Part shown: piece by piece, positions 1-11,285 of the stretch
Position numbering within the stretch: position 1 is the stretch's first letter
Layout of the letters: the number at the start of each line of letters is the position of its first letter
Assembly (NCBI RefSeq): GCF_040938485.1
Contig: NW_027270975.1
Coordinates: forward strand, 2,418,001 to 2,482,000
DNA length: 64,000 nt
Source of the DNA: Diadema antillarum
Lineage: Eukaryota
Direction of reading: 5' to 3'
Notes under the pieces: generated by a model
Seen by the model: only the letters and a program-made list of their open reading frames with translations
Database searches by the model: none
Told to the model about the DNA's origin: nothing
Made by a program: the position numbers and the translations under genes

Positions 1-1809
1 TGTTACCGCACAAATTATATACATTCATGTTGGAGAATGCTCACTTGAGTAGCAGTCTAGCTTAGTTTTGATGCTTATTCCGTACTCAAGTCTGCTGATT
101 TATGAATTTGTTGGCAATGAATATGAAATATATATATGAATTGATTGAGCATTACAATCAGAAGCTTAGGGAAATGTGGACTCCCTGCTTGGACACTGTC
201 TTGGTTACAGTTGAAATAAAAATACAAAGGTACAAAATGCTTTCTGTGTATAGAATGATGAAAAAACTTTCACATCAAACATCTGAGAGTGAAGGCAACA
301 GTGATAGAAATGATCAAGTGCGTTTTCAGTGAACCACCAGTAAGAATTCACGATGTTCCTGTTTCATTCTGCAATAAATCATACAGTTTGTAATTCTATA
401 CCATTATTACAAGGAGGTGAGACAAAAACTTCTCATCTTCCTGATTATTATCAGCAGTCTGCCTATATGCAATGTGTGTGTGACAGGGTCAGGTTAGGAT
501 ACCAAGAGGTCTAAATAATGCACCATGTGATCTTCTCAGCAGTTCAGTTTAGTTCAAATTCATTTTGTTGGGGTTTTTTTCACAGTGAAATAATATATAA
601 ACATAAATCTCACTTTCTTCAGTGACAAAAATGATGCGTGTAAATTTATACACAAAAAAAAGCAACAATCAAAAACTTACAGTAAGGATACATTGCAATG
701 GTTGGTAAAGTAATGGAAGTGAAATTATTTTCAATATGCAATTGTGTGAAAAAAAAATGGGAGGTACCCACTAAAAAGACAGAGCTTGTAGAATGTGGGC
801 CCCTCTTTTAATAGGTAAAAAGGTTTGGTGCAAAGATTGATGAAAAACAGCAACTAGGCAGCACAGAAGGTTTGAGAACCCACCAAGAGACTGACGGACA
901 AACAGTTACACACAAAACAACAGCAAGCAAACTAATTAACACGAGACAAGACTGGGTCAGCAATATGACTATTTGCAGAAAAAAATTGACTTGATGACAT
1001 GGCACAACAGGAAACAAAACTATAATAGCATGTCAAAAAGGTAATCAAATAAACAGAAGTATGGAACATAGACAATGATCCTCGGAGGTTTGAAGAAGGA
1101 AAAAAACAACAATAATGGAGAACTGGTTTAAAGATTTATCCTGAAATTAACCAAACTCATTACAAATAGGGGCTGTGACAATATCATTTTATGATTATTA
1201 TTATTTTCTTCTTATTGAGCAGAAGGGCACTAATGGATTTATTAGCCCTGAGAGTGAGGGATTACTGACAAGGAAGGATAATAGTATCTTGCAGTCTGTA
1301 CTTCGTATGAAATATGCCAAAAGTATAGTGCCAGATCATGCAAATGGGTGTCAACACAAGGCAATGTGCATTTACATTGTAAATACTATACTGGGTAAGA
1401 CCAGGCTTTATCTGTGTACTATTCATACTGCCGGAAAAAAATCAGAAAAACTTTTTGGTGCTTTAGCAGAAAATGCACGTGGAGAATATGCGTAAGAAAA
1501 ACTGGAATATTAGGGTTTTGGTAAATAATGTGCATAAACTTGCTGCTGTCTTTGAGGGTAGTTAGTCAGGTAGTTACATAGCTTCAACATGCTGAGGGCT
1601 GATGTCATGTGACCAAACTTGTAAGCTGCAAGCTTGGAAATGAGCATTTACACTGACAAACAACAACAACAACAAACAATAAGACTGCAGAGTTAGATAT
1701 TTCTCTTGTGAGGAGGGTTTTTCAATTCCGTTTTTTCACTGACGTATAGTTCCCTACTTTAACCAAAAACTTGAATGTGCAAAAAAAAAAACACCCCAAA
1801 ACAACTATT

Positions 1810-1844
<35 letters not shown>

Positions 1845-2148
1845 TAATGTAAATGCCAGTGTTGTCAATTTGTGAGGCAACTTGTTTCTATTATGCGAAT
1901 ATGTTGCCATTTTGAGATTATTTTCCAGAAAGAGTGCAAGAGGTGCTATGAAATACCTGGTCAAAATATGTAACCAGGTTTATAAAGATGCCTCTTAGCA
2001 CTTTCTCTTCTGGTTTTGTAGCAACATTATGATAATTCTCACTTTAATACTGATAATGATAAACAAATGATTTTTATGCTTGATCAGTATCATGACTTTG
2101 AAACTAGTGGGGATGAAGTTATTTAGTTTAATTGTCTATAGTAAATGT

Positions 2149-2459
2149 CAGGGCCGGCGGAGTGTTTTCAAAAGTGTGGGGGCCCACTTCCGGGTGTCAT
2201 GAGCTAACAAGCAAAACAAAAAAAAAAAAAAAGGGTCCTCAGCTCATCTCTCCCCTTCCATTTCCGGTTTCTTCAGCTGACAAGCAAAAAAAAAAAAAAA
2301 AAATCTTCAGTTCAAATATTTAGTGCCACTTACGTACTTCCGGGTTAAAAAAAAAAGTGTGGGGGCCCAAAGTGATGTCACCTTATGTATTCCTGTGTAT
2401 GGTGCACAAAAAGTGTGGGGGTCCGAGCCCCCACGTCCCCCACGGTTCCGCTGGCCATG
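2149..2459. mobile_element. hAT-like MITE
   Basis: Imperfect TIR CAGGGCCGGCGGA / CATGGCCAGCGGA; no 8-bp TSD recovered. A related fragment lies in reverse orientation at ~21085-21245. Confidence 0.55.
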
Positions 2460-3532
2460 GATGTGATAATGAAGGTTGTGTTGATAGAGAGCAAAAGAAT
2501 AGAGGCACTTCAAATGGAAATATGTACCCTCCTTGTTCAAGTACGTCAAAACATAACCCATCAATTGGAAGAAGTAAGGACAAAATGTTTGTGCGATACC
2601 AATTGATGACAAGACGAACTGACAGCAAGAAGAATAACTAGTAACACATGGATCATTCATTTGTTATGGAATCGTGTCTGGAATGTAAAAGTCTTATCCC
2701 AAGTTGATGTATAGGAGGGTCAAAAGAGCATAGTTACTGCACTAGTCACCCTGATGTGTATGGCAGACTGTCACTTAGAAGAGCCCAGAGGGCATTGACT
2801 TCGGGCATAGTCCATGCATTTCACCTCCTTATGATGGCATTGCTGTGTATTTAGGCAGTCATGGTTGGAGTGTGGGAAAAAAACAACTAGGTTCATTATA
2901 AGAACTTTCAGAATTTTAGCAGCTTTCACAGCTACTCTCTTATCATATTAGCGTGACGTTGTTATGCCATATTTTAGCTGAAGAACAATTTGGAATGATT
3001 TGAAACAGATTTATTTATACCTCATCTCCTCAATAAGGGTTATTGTCATCAATATGACTTATGGAAGAATATGCTATATATAGCAAAAAGACAAGTAGAA
3101 TGGTAAATTTCAGGATATTCTAATGTCTTTAATATCTGCCATCGAGAAAAAAAAAAAACCCAAACCAAAAACATGATGTAGTGTTTAGGCCTATATCACA
3201 TCCATGTGTCTTTTTTTTCCCTATTTTTTGCCAAGCGCAGTAAACATTGAGCAGACCCCATTTTGTATCACCTCTCTGTTGTGAATGGCCATGAAATGTT
3301 AGGCATGTTTGTATATTTGCCAAGTCCTTCTCTTTCATTGATGCATGATTTATGGTAGGAAATGAGCTTTGTTTGTGGTTGTTGTGACTGTTTGTTCACA
3401 TTGATCCTGAATTTTTGTATGAGGTAGGAAATGGCCCTGACTAAACAATACATGTCATTGGGCAGCTCATTATTCAGTTTGAAGTTCAAAGGTCAGAATT
3501 AGGGATGTATGTAGTGTATGTATGCCATTTAA

Positions 3533-3923
3533 AGGGATCATGCAGTTTTGGTTGAGACCTGACATGAGGTTTATAACCTTTTTTTGGTGAGACAATGAGA
3601 AACCTCTCATTATGAAATATGAAAGAGAATGTAATTTCAAGAAGGAATCAACATTTATTTGATGAAAATTTGGCTTGAAATGGCTTAGATATCCAAAAAA
3701 GCGAACCTAATAAAATTGACATGCCACGACTTTTATTAGGATCTCTTTGTTTAACCTTGTTTTTTGATACCTAATTCAGTCATTTCAAAACCGATTTTCA
3801 TCAAATAAACTTTTGGTTCCCCTTAGAATTGTATGCCCTTTAACATTTCATAGAGTGGTTTCTAAATATCTCGCAAAAAACTACAAGCTGAATCCTCACC
3901 TCAACCAGTACTGTACAGTCCCT
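3533..3923. mobile_element. TTAA-flanked palindromic MITE (Kolobok-like ends), copy 1
   Basis: TTAA|AGGGA..CAGT..TGGTTGAG at both ends; homologous to 16808-17185 and 46017-46398. Confidence 0.8.
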
Positions 3924-4689
3924 TTAAGGTTAATATCAATGATTTCTCAAAGTGGTTTAAACAAACAATATGTGTTCCAGGAAAGTCAAAATGATGTCAT
4001 ATCCTATTCTAGAAAAGACTGCATGCAATTTCTGGAATTCATATATTTATATGCAACTAGGCCATGGAGAGTTAACAATGACTGTAATAATAGTAATGCT
4101 ATAGATTGTGCAGTAAGGGTAGAATGTTAAACTAATGACATCTCATATAACAATGATTATGTTATGCTCTGAGAGGCATAAAAGAAAACAAAATGGGAAA
4201 AAAAATGCTTGACTAAGAAAGCAGAACCATGCAAACTGAAAAGGAAAATCTACTTAACACTCAAGTGGATTTTATTCAAAAGGCTACAGTCAAACAAACA
4301 GAAGAATGAATAAAAAATTCCTCGAAATCTGACAAAACTGGCGGAGTCATTGGAATTTTGAAGTTTAACGTGTATAATAAAAGATTGATTTACCACAAAT
4401 CACACACACACACACACACACACAACACGTATGCATATATGCAAATTGTTGGTGATGTCATTGCCTTAATACAATTTGCCCATTAGTTTATATGCATAAA
4501 CATATATAAAAAACTCAGGGTTTTTTTTTTCTGTCAGTAATTCAGCTAATAAACACCCTTGCATGTGCAAAGTCATCAGTGCTATTAAAATTTTTATGAG
4601 TCAAGGCCAGTGTTGATAGAATTTGTATGATTTTTTTTTTCTTTCGTGGATTCATGCGGAAAATAAAAGGGGAAATATAGTTTTCTGTA

Positions 4690-5192
4690 CAGTTGAACCT
4701 CTTGTATCCGGACAAGTCGGGACTGGGGCTCATCCGGATAAGGGATTTGGCCGGATACGGGAAACTCAATGCTTTATACATGTACATATACATACACATG
4801 TACTGATGTAGCCCATTGTAGTACCACATGTAGTAATGTGTATACTGCAACCTTTTCATTGTTACACTCAGTAACAGACTACAAAATAGAGGTTTGTGTT
4901 TGCAAGAATGAAATCATTTACTTTTATAAATTCCTGGGATGATTTACCTAAATAATTATTAAGAAATGGATCAAGTAGATCTTGAAAATAAACAGTATGA
5001 GTCGACGAAACTACGCTTCAAAATTCGATCATCACGGCTCGGCAAAGTCGACTGTAGGTTGCCATTGTTAGATTGAGTTGGGAATCCCCCTTTCCTCCCA
5101 TAATTATTAAAAAAAAAGAAATCACAGCGATGTTGCATCCGTATAATAGAGAGATCCGGATAAAGGAAGGACGGATAAGAGAGGTTCAACTG
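4690..5192. mobile_element. Tc1/mariner (pogo/Tigger-like) MITE, 503 bp
   Basis: TIR CAGTTGAACCTCT..TATCCG flanked by TA at both ends, with repeated TCCGGATA subterminal motifs. A solo 3' end of the family is at ~62840-62893. Confidence 0.8.
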
Positions 5193-5559
5193 TACTTAGG
5201 GGAGGTCCATACTGAAAATTGTTTTTGTGTGAATTAAAGCAGAAAATGATTGGAACAGGACAGTGAAAGTTTGAGCAAAATCTGATCAAAACTAATAAAG
5301 TTATGATTTCTTGTGTGAAAGTTATCATCAATCAAACACAGATTGGCAGCTCCATGATGTAGCATGGGATCTTACCTTCCATCATGTCCTTTACATGAAA
5401 TCACATGAAATCTCACTTCTTTTCATCGTTGATGACAGAAAATACTTATAATATATATATATATATTTACTTGCAGTTATTAAATAGAGTATTATTGTAG
5501 GAAGGATGCATACTATGATTGGAACTTTTACATGGAAAAATGACAATTTCATATCTTAA

Positions 5560-7964
5560 AGTAGGCCCGCATAAAGAATCGCCCTCTCTCGGACAACTCG
5601 GGGCAGGCACCAGACACGTAGCGAGTCGATCTGGAAAAAGCTGTGAATGTGACGTCACCGTATCGAGCTAGCTAGCTAGCTGCATGCATGTGATATGCAG
5701 TGCTAGACTGTAGATCTATGTTTTTCTGCTCGCGATCGCCTCATCGTCAGGAAACTCGGAAGTTTAGTAAAATCAAATCTGTCACTGTAAAGTTCTGATT
5801 TAAAACTACGGGATTATCAAAGTAATATAACATTTCCGTGGAAATTCAAGCTTTTTGATATCAGTAAGTCATTATTTTTTAGTTCGAAACCATTGAACGA
5901 TCGACGATTGTTTACTACAAGTTGCACGCACTCTAACTCGGACGCAATTCGGCGAGCTGATGATCAAGTTGGAATGTTAGGCTACTTCTCTTCGTGCCAG
6001 TGAAGCTTGGAATCTAATTCTTTGCCTTTGGGCATTGTTTACTACTGAATAGTAAGTATAATAACCTTCGTTTTAAATATGTAAACGATGTTTATTAGCT
6101 GGGCCATTTTGTTGGAGAGTGACCGTGAATAGTCGATACAACTCTGGGTCTCTTGGGTCTCTTGGAAGGTTGCGAAAATCCTTCCCCATACAGCCATGGC
6201 CCATACTTTAGTTTTAGTGTAGATATATCTGCAGCGCAGCCCCAGCGCCGCCCCGACCGGTCGCGACCGTACCCGCGCCCAGGGCCAGTGCCGGCGGAAT
6301 ACATGTAAGTTTGAGTCTAGTAGATCTACCTGGTCAATGCAATGAGCCGAGTAGTGAAAACTCTCGGTGACGGGCGAAACCGGCCTATACTATCTGTAAG
6401 ATTTTTATTCTCTAGTGTCGATTCGCCTAATTCTTCTTCCCGATTCTTTCAAAGATATTCAAGAATTGTCTAGTTTGTGCAAAAAAAGTTGAGCACTTTG
6501 TGATATGATGTGATTTCAATGACCAGAAAAAAAGAAACCAAAGAAAAGAAATCAAATAACGGAGGTCAGCAAGTGTGTAATCTCTAATTTACAGAGACTA
6601 GAGTCCACTCCTGGTTGGCGGGGGCGGTTCTTCATTGTTTTTACCATAGAATTCTAGACTAGGTGGCAATCTCATCAATTAAGACACCAGGGACCAATTT
6701 TTCGCGGTATCAAACTATCAGCAATTCCTGCAACTCTCTTCAACTTCAACTGTTCTAACAAAACTTGAAGTCAAAGTTAAAAAATACTTTTGATTCACTG
6801 ACGAAATAAACCTCAATATGCAATATTGCTCATACCAAGGTGGGGACTATATCACGATTATGGCAAATTTCTTACAATACTGTACTATTTCTTTTGGCTA
6901 TGCAATTAAGGCCTGTATGCGTACGTTAAAAAATCAAGGGGTATTAATTGGTAAATCCAAATCAAAAATGCATTTTGAGGCCAGATATCTTGATTCAACA
7001 ACAAAACTACCTTTGCTAATTTCCCCATTTTGGCATGGTCTAAAAAGTTAGGCCCTAGCTCAGACAAAGTCATGCTAATTGAATTACTAACAGTTAGGCC
7101 CTTGCTCTCATTCCAAACTCAAAATCTCACAATCGAACTTCTTGAATCTTGTTCTAGTTCTATTGAACTGAAACTGAAAGGTCTCTATACTCTGATACTT
7201 TCCCAAATTCATGTTGATGGCCTGTGGCTGGGCTGATACATACTCACATTTCACATTATTCAATTTGATATGAAATCTGCTACAAATGGTGCTAAAACTT
7301 ACCAATTTTGAACATTAGCTGGGTCAAGTCTACTGCGGAGATCGATTTCACCCGCGCCTTCGTCGCCATCTCTCTCCCGCTCCACTACCCGGCCAGCCAT
7401 GGCGGGATTGCGAGGAAGAGGCTCGTTTTGATACGGTACAGACTGGCATTCAACTGCACCTGCACTGCCTGATGATCCTTCGACGTCACTTTCATCTTCG
7501 TCGTACTCGCCTATCTCCCCATGGTCGTTATTGTAAGAGTCCGAATCATCAAACGAATACTCCGAATCCGGATCACATTCCAAAATGAGGTCCTCGATAT
7601 CCAAGTCAGAGGTACCTTCTGCCATTTTCTACAAGAAAGTCTAGTCGGCTTCGCATCCTACACGTATTAGCTTGGCTTTGTATACAGCTAGCTATATGCT
7701 AGCTAGCGCTAGCTCGCGCTCGCTCTCTCGCGTAAGATCGAGGCCTCATCACGGTGACGTCGTCTCCCCGCTGAGAGTACAAACGAGCTGTTCTCTGGCT
7801 TTATTAAAACTAGTTATTCGTTTTATTAAGAAGGGCCTATCATTGGTAAGCGTTTCTAGGTGAATTCGAAACATGGTTAGGTGGAATCTATGGTACTTCC
7901 TCGTTATAATGAGGTATATATGACCCTGGTTTATGCATAATTTAGATTTCTATGCGGGCCTACT
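5560..7964 (-). mobile_element. Non-autonomous (internally deleted) Kolobok-like DNA transposon, 2405 bp
   Basis: Perfect 14-bp TIR AGTAGGCCCGCATA; TTAA on both sides (5556-5559, 7965-7968); 5'-RR terminus; contains a KolX-like first exon. Confidence 0.8.
7303..7625 (-). pseudogene. Orphan first exon of a KolX / P2X7-C-terminal-like accessory protein
   Basis: Acidic N-terminus, PYQNEP, then RL...NW ending at TG|GTAAGT, where a W-C-x-C motif is expected to follow. No downstream Cys-rich exon found inside the element. Confidence 0.65.
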
Positions 7965-8339
7965 TTAAAGTATTAAGCAAATGGATGGGGGGGTTGAGCT
8001 CGCATGTGATGTCACAGTATTGCTTATTGGTGTTTGATTGATCACAAATTGAAAAAAAAAAATCAAAACCTTCTCAATTTTCATTAGAATTTGCACAAAC
8101 TTTCCCTTTCATGTTCCTTTCATCTTTCTGCTTCTATTCACACAAAACTATTAATGTCAGGGTCGATTTCCCCTGTGGGATAAGAATGCAACCGAGTAGG
8201 AGACTTGTGAGGCCTTTACCTCAACTAAATTGCACAAATACATTGCAGAGTGGTTCCAGGAATATACTGTTAAGATTCTATGATAGTTTCCTGTGTCATT
8301 TTAGGGAAACTTTCTCTTATTTTGTTTGCTTTGACTTAA

Positions 8340-8507
8340 GCTGTTTGATACAACTTTAATAGGGGATGGATTTTTCCTTTAATGCAGTCAAGGAAGTTGT
8401 TTGATACAACTTTAATACGGGATGGATTTTTCCTTTAATGCAGTTGAGGAAGTTGTTTGATACAACTTTAATACGGGATGGATTTTTCCTTTAATGCAGT
8501 CAAAGCA
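8340..8507. repeat. 56-bp minisatellite, 3 copies
   Basis: Units start at 8340, 8396 and 8452; near-identical. Confidence 0.95.
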
Positions 8508-11074
8508 GTGTTGTCCTAAAAACACCTAACCAGACCAGTAATGGATTGATCCAAACATAATGAGCCCCCAGTAGTCTCACACCCATATTCATAGTTTTCT
8601 GCAGGAATTTTTTTTTTTTGACTCATCTCAATTCTACTTTTATCTGCAGAATTTTGAACTCTATGATGAAGTACTGTCATACAGTAAGTGTCTCTGAAAA
8701 ATTAAAATTTGCCCTCAAATTTTCAATGGCAATTCATGTTATACATGTAGAGACGTAACATTGTGTCCTCCTTTTGTCTCAGAGAACAAGGAAGAGGAAA
8801 TTGTGAAAGTTCGATATTAAACATGCAGCTTTGTACATCATGCTCGCAGTGCGTCAAGAGTATCAAAGTAAACACACCTCCAACTGTGTAGCTCGGCATC
8901 AGGTCGCGGTGCACGTGTGTAATAACTGCTGTGTGACATCATGTTGGAAAACCTTGTTCATATAGGAACAGATGTTGAATGCCGTCCGGTGACGTCAAGA
9001 AAGAATTTACCAGAGGACGAGCCATCAAAACCGACGAGAGCTGTCTATAAACATGAAGCTATTTCAGTTTCCGTCGACCAGAGGCCTTTTAATCACACTG
9101 ATGACAACACAGTAACATGGGGTGGTTTGTCGGTGTACAGGTATTGCTTTTCTTCCCCTTGTTAGTATCCCCTTCTCATCCATCTACTGTGCATCTTTGG
9201 ATTCCAGACTGATTGTGTAGAAGGTATTTGTCGCAAACACGGCGCTCAAAGCTTGATGAGAGATGACATAAAGGAGGCTTATGATATGATGTTTGGAGTT
9301 CAATAAATATACATACAGTAGATAACTACAGAAAGTTACAGAGGCATAAAAGATTATTGCTTTGAATCCAATATATACTTAAAGCTACTACAGAAAGGTA
9401 ATATCACGATACATGTAAAATTAGGTAGTTTTTGAAAACTGTGGTCATGATGCTGCCATGTCTGCCCCCCATCGTATTTTGTTACATTTGTAGAGAAATT
9501 AACTCATTGTATAGCACCAAGATTTACAAAGCATATTGTTGGCTGATACTTCCCTTCTGGCTCTCAGCTGATGATATGCTATTCAGTGATGAAAAAGGAA
9601 TACCCTAGGTTTGGTATCACTGTGGTATCAATTTTCACATTATTTTTTATTATGATCCATTAAATACCATAAGTGCATGCAGGTTTCGACTCTCCTAAAA
9701 TTTAAACCATTTTTATAATAGTGAATTTATTAGGCTCTGCAAAATTTCACCATGATTTCTCTCCATTTATGTCAGCACATTAACCTGTTCCTAACAGACT
9801 CTGAAATACTCATAGACTGTACACAGGACTAGCCAGGTAAACAGTTATTTGGTGTATTTGGTTTAGATATCTAAGTTTATTTTTGTGCTTTGTCTCCAGG
9901 TACAACTGTGTTCACTGACAAATTGATGCAAAGTGTGTTCAAAATGGAAATAAAGTACAAATAAGATATACAAATTGTCGATAACATAGTGACATTGCAT
10001 TGCATACTATAATTAAGCAGAGCTTGATTAAGATGAGGCCCAATTTTACATAACTGTACCATTTCTATACCGCCATTCATTATACATTTGCATTACTACG
10101 GCTGTACATCATCATAAAAATTTGCATCAACTTTACCATGACTTATTTTCATTGTCAGCTACACCGCACGAGAACTCTGACTTAGTTTTGATATGAAGTA
10201 CTTGTGATGCTGAGAGGATTAAAGGAGCTGATCACCATCAGTCTGAGAAAAAATTAGGAGCTGAGAAGCATATAGAATTAGATATCAGTGTAGCGTCAAA
10301 CATGGAAGTGTGTGCGCTTATTAGTACAGCCATATTTGCTTGTTGCTGGATCATAACACATGCATGTGTGTGTATGTATTGCTCCTTTTTTCTGCGAATA
10401 TTTTGACTAAAAATGTACATTTTCTAGAATTAACATGAAGATATTCATTTCCAGTAAATACTTGGTAAGAAGACTTAATGAATTATGTGTCAATAGACAT
10501 GATGTATTGATAGATCTACTACCTGCATGAAACCAGAAACAAGAGCAGACAAATCCAAACCCCAACAACAGTAACACACATGACAATAATGTAGAAAGTT
10601 ATATGTGCCACACCTTTAACAGGTACGAGGTGCTCAGCGAACCTGATAATGGTCATATATTGAATGATTTTGGGGCCATTTGCTCTATTTCTACACTTTG
10701 CAACCCTCAGGGTCAAGGTTTATAACCAGGCGCTCTGCGCTGAGATATACCTTAGAGGTCGGTGTATTGATTTTGGTTCTCAGTGAAACAACTGTGTGTC
10801 TGTCTTTGTGGAGCTAGTCTTCAATCCAGATGCCATTATAACATTATCATGACCTATTTGATATGTATAAATTAGATATCCACATAATGAACACATGGGT
10901 ACAACATAACTATGTTCATATTCACATATATGTATATAAAGTACATTGGTTGAACTCATTAACAATGAAATAAAAACCCCTTTGGGAAACTTTTTTGCCT
11001 GCATTGTCTGCTGTATGCCTTTTCCAGGCATCATATTAATTTCTCTCTGTTACTTTCCATATTATATATATATT

Positions 11075-11285
11075 GTATCCCGGGCAATTACCCCCAGAGG
11101 GCAATATCCCCCCCCCCCCCCCCCCCCCGCCAGCCAAATGCTGATTAGTGGTAAGGTTAGAGTAAAGATTAGGGTTAGGGTTAGGTTTAGGAGTTTGGTT
11201 TAAGGTTAGGATTAGGTTCTGGATTAGGATTAGGGCCAGGGGAAGGGTGCTGGGTAAATGCCCAGGGGGCAATTGCCCTAGACCC
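11075..11285. mobile_element. Small MITE with internal telomere-like (TTAGGG-variant) repeats
   Basis: Inverted GGGCAATT(A/G)CCCCC at 11082-11095 and 11265-11278, enclosing GGTTAG/GATTAG repeats at 11150-11235. Confidence 0.6.

Larger units (their letters stand above)
5198..8174. mobile_element. Older palindromic MITE split by the Kolobok-like insertion
   Basis: 5198-5345 and 8030-8174 are degenerate inverted copies (shared TTGTGTGAAT..AAGCAGAAA, GAAAGTTTG.GCAAA, ATCAATCAAACAC); the halves rejoin across one TTAA. Confidence 0.65.

Noticed and set aside
102-5189. Short ORFs in the first 5 kb (e.g. 1175..1495, 2357..2641) and most other 60-120 aa ORFs in the track
   Set aside because: No motifs and no phase-consistent exon chain; many overlap MITEs, microsatellites or antisense strands of real exons.
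6085-6205. THAP-like peptide MGHGCMGKDFRNLPRDP.. on the minus strand
   Set aside because: Lacks the C2CH spacing, the conserved W and the CxxHF motif.
5560-7964. KolobokP-type long terminal direct repeats
   Set aside because: No second TIR copy or direct repeat found within either terminal region.
8340-8507. CRISPR-like array (also the 15-kb and 47-kb repeats)
   Set aside because: Contiguous tandem units with no unique spacers, eukaryotic context and no cas genes.
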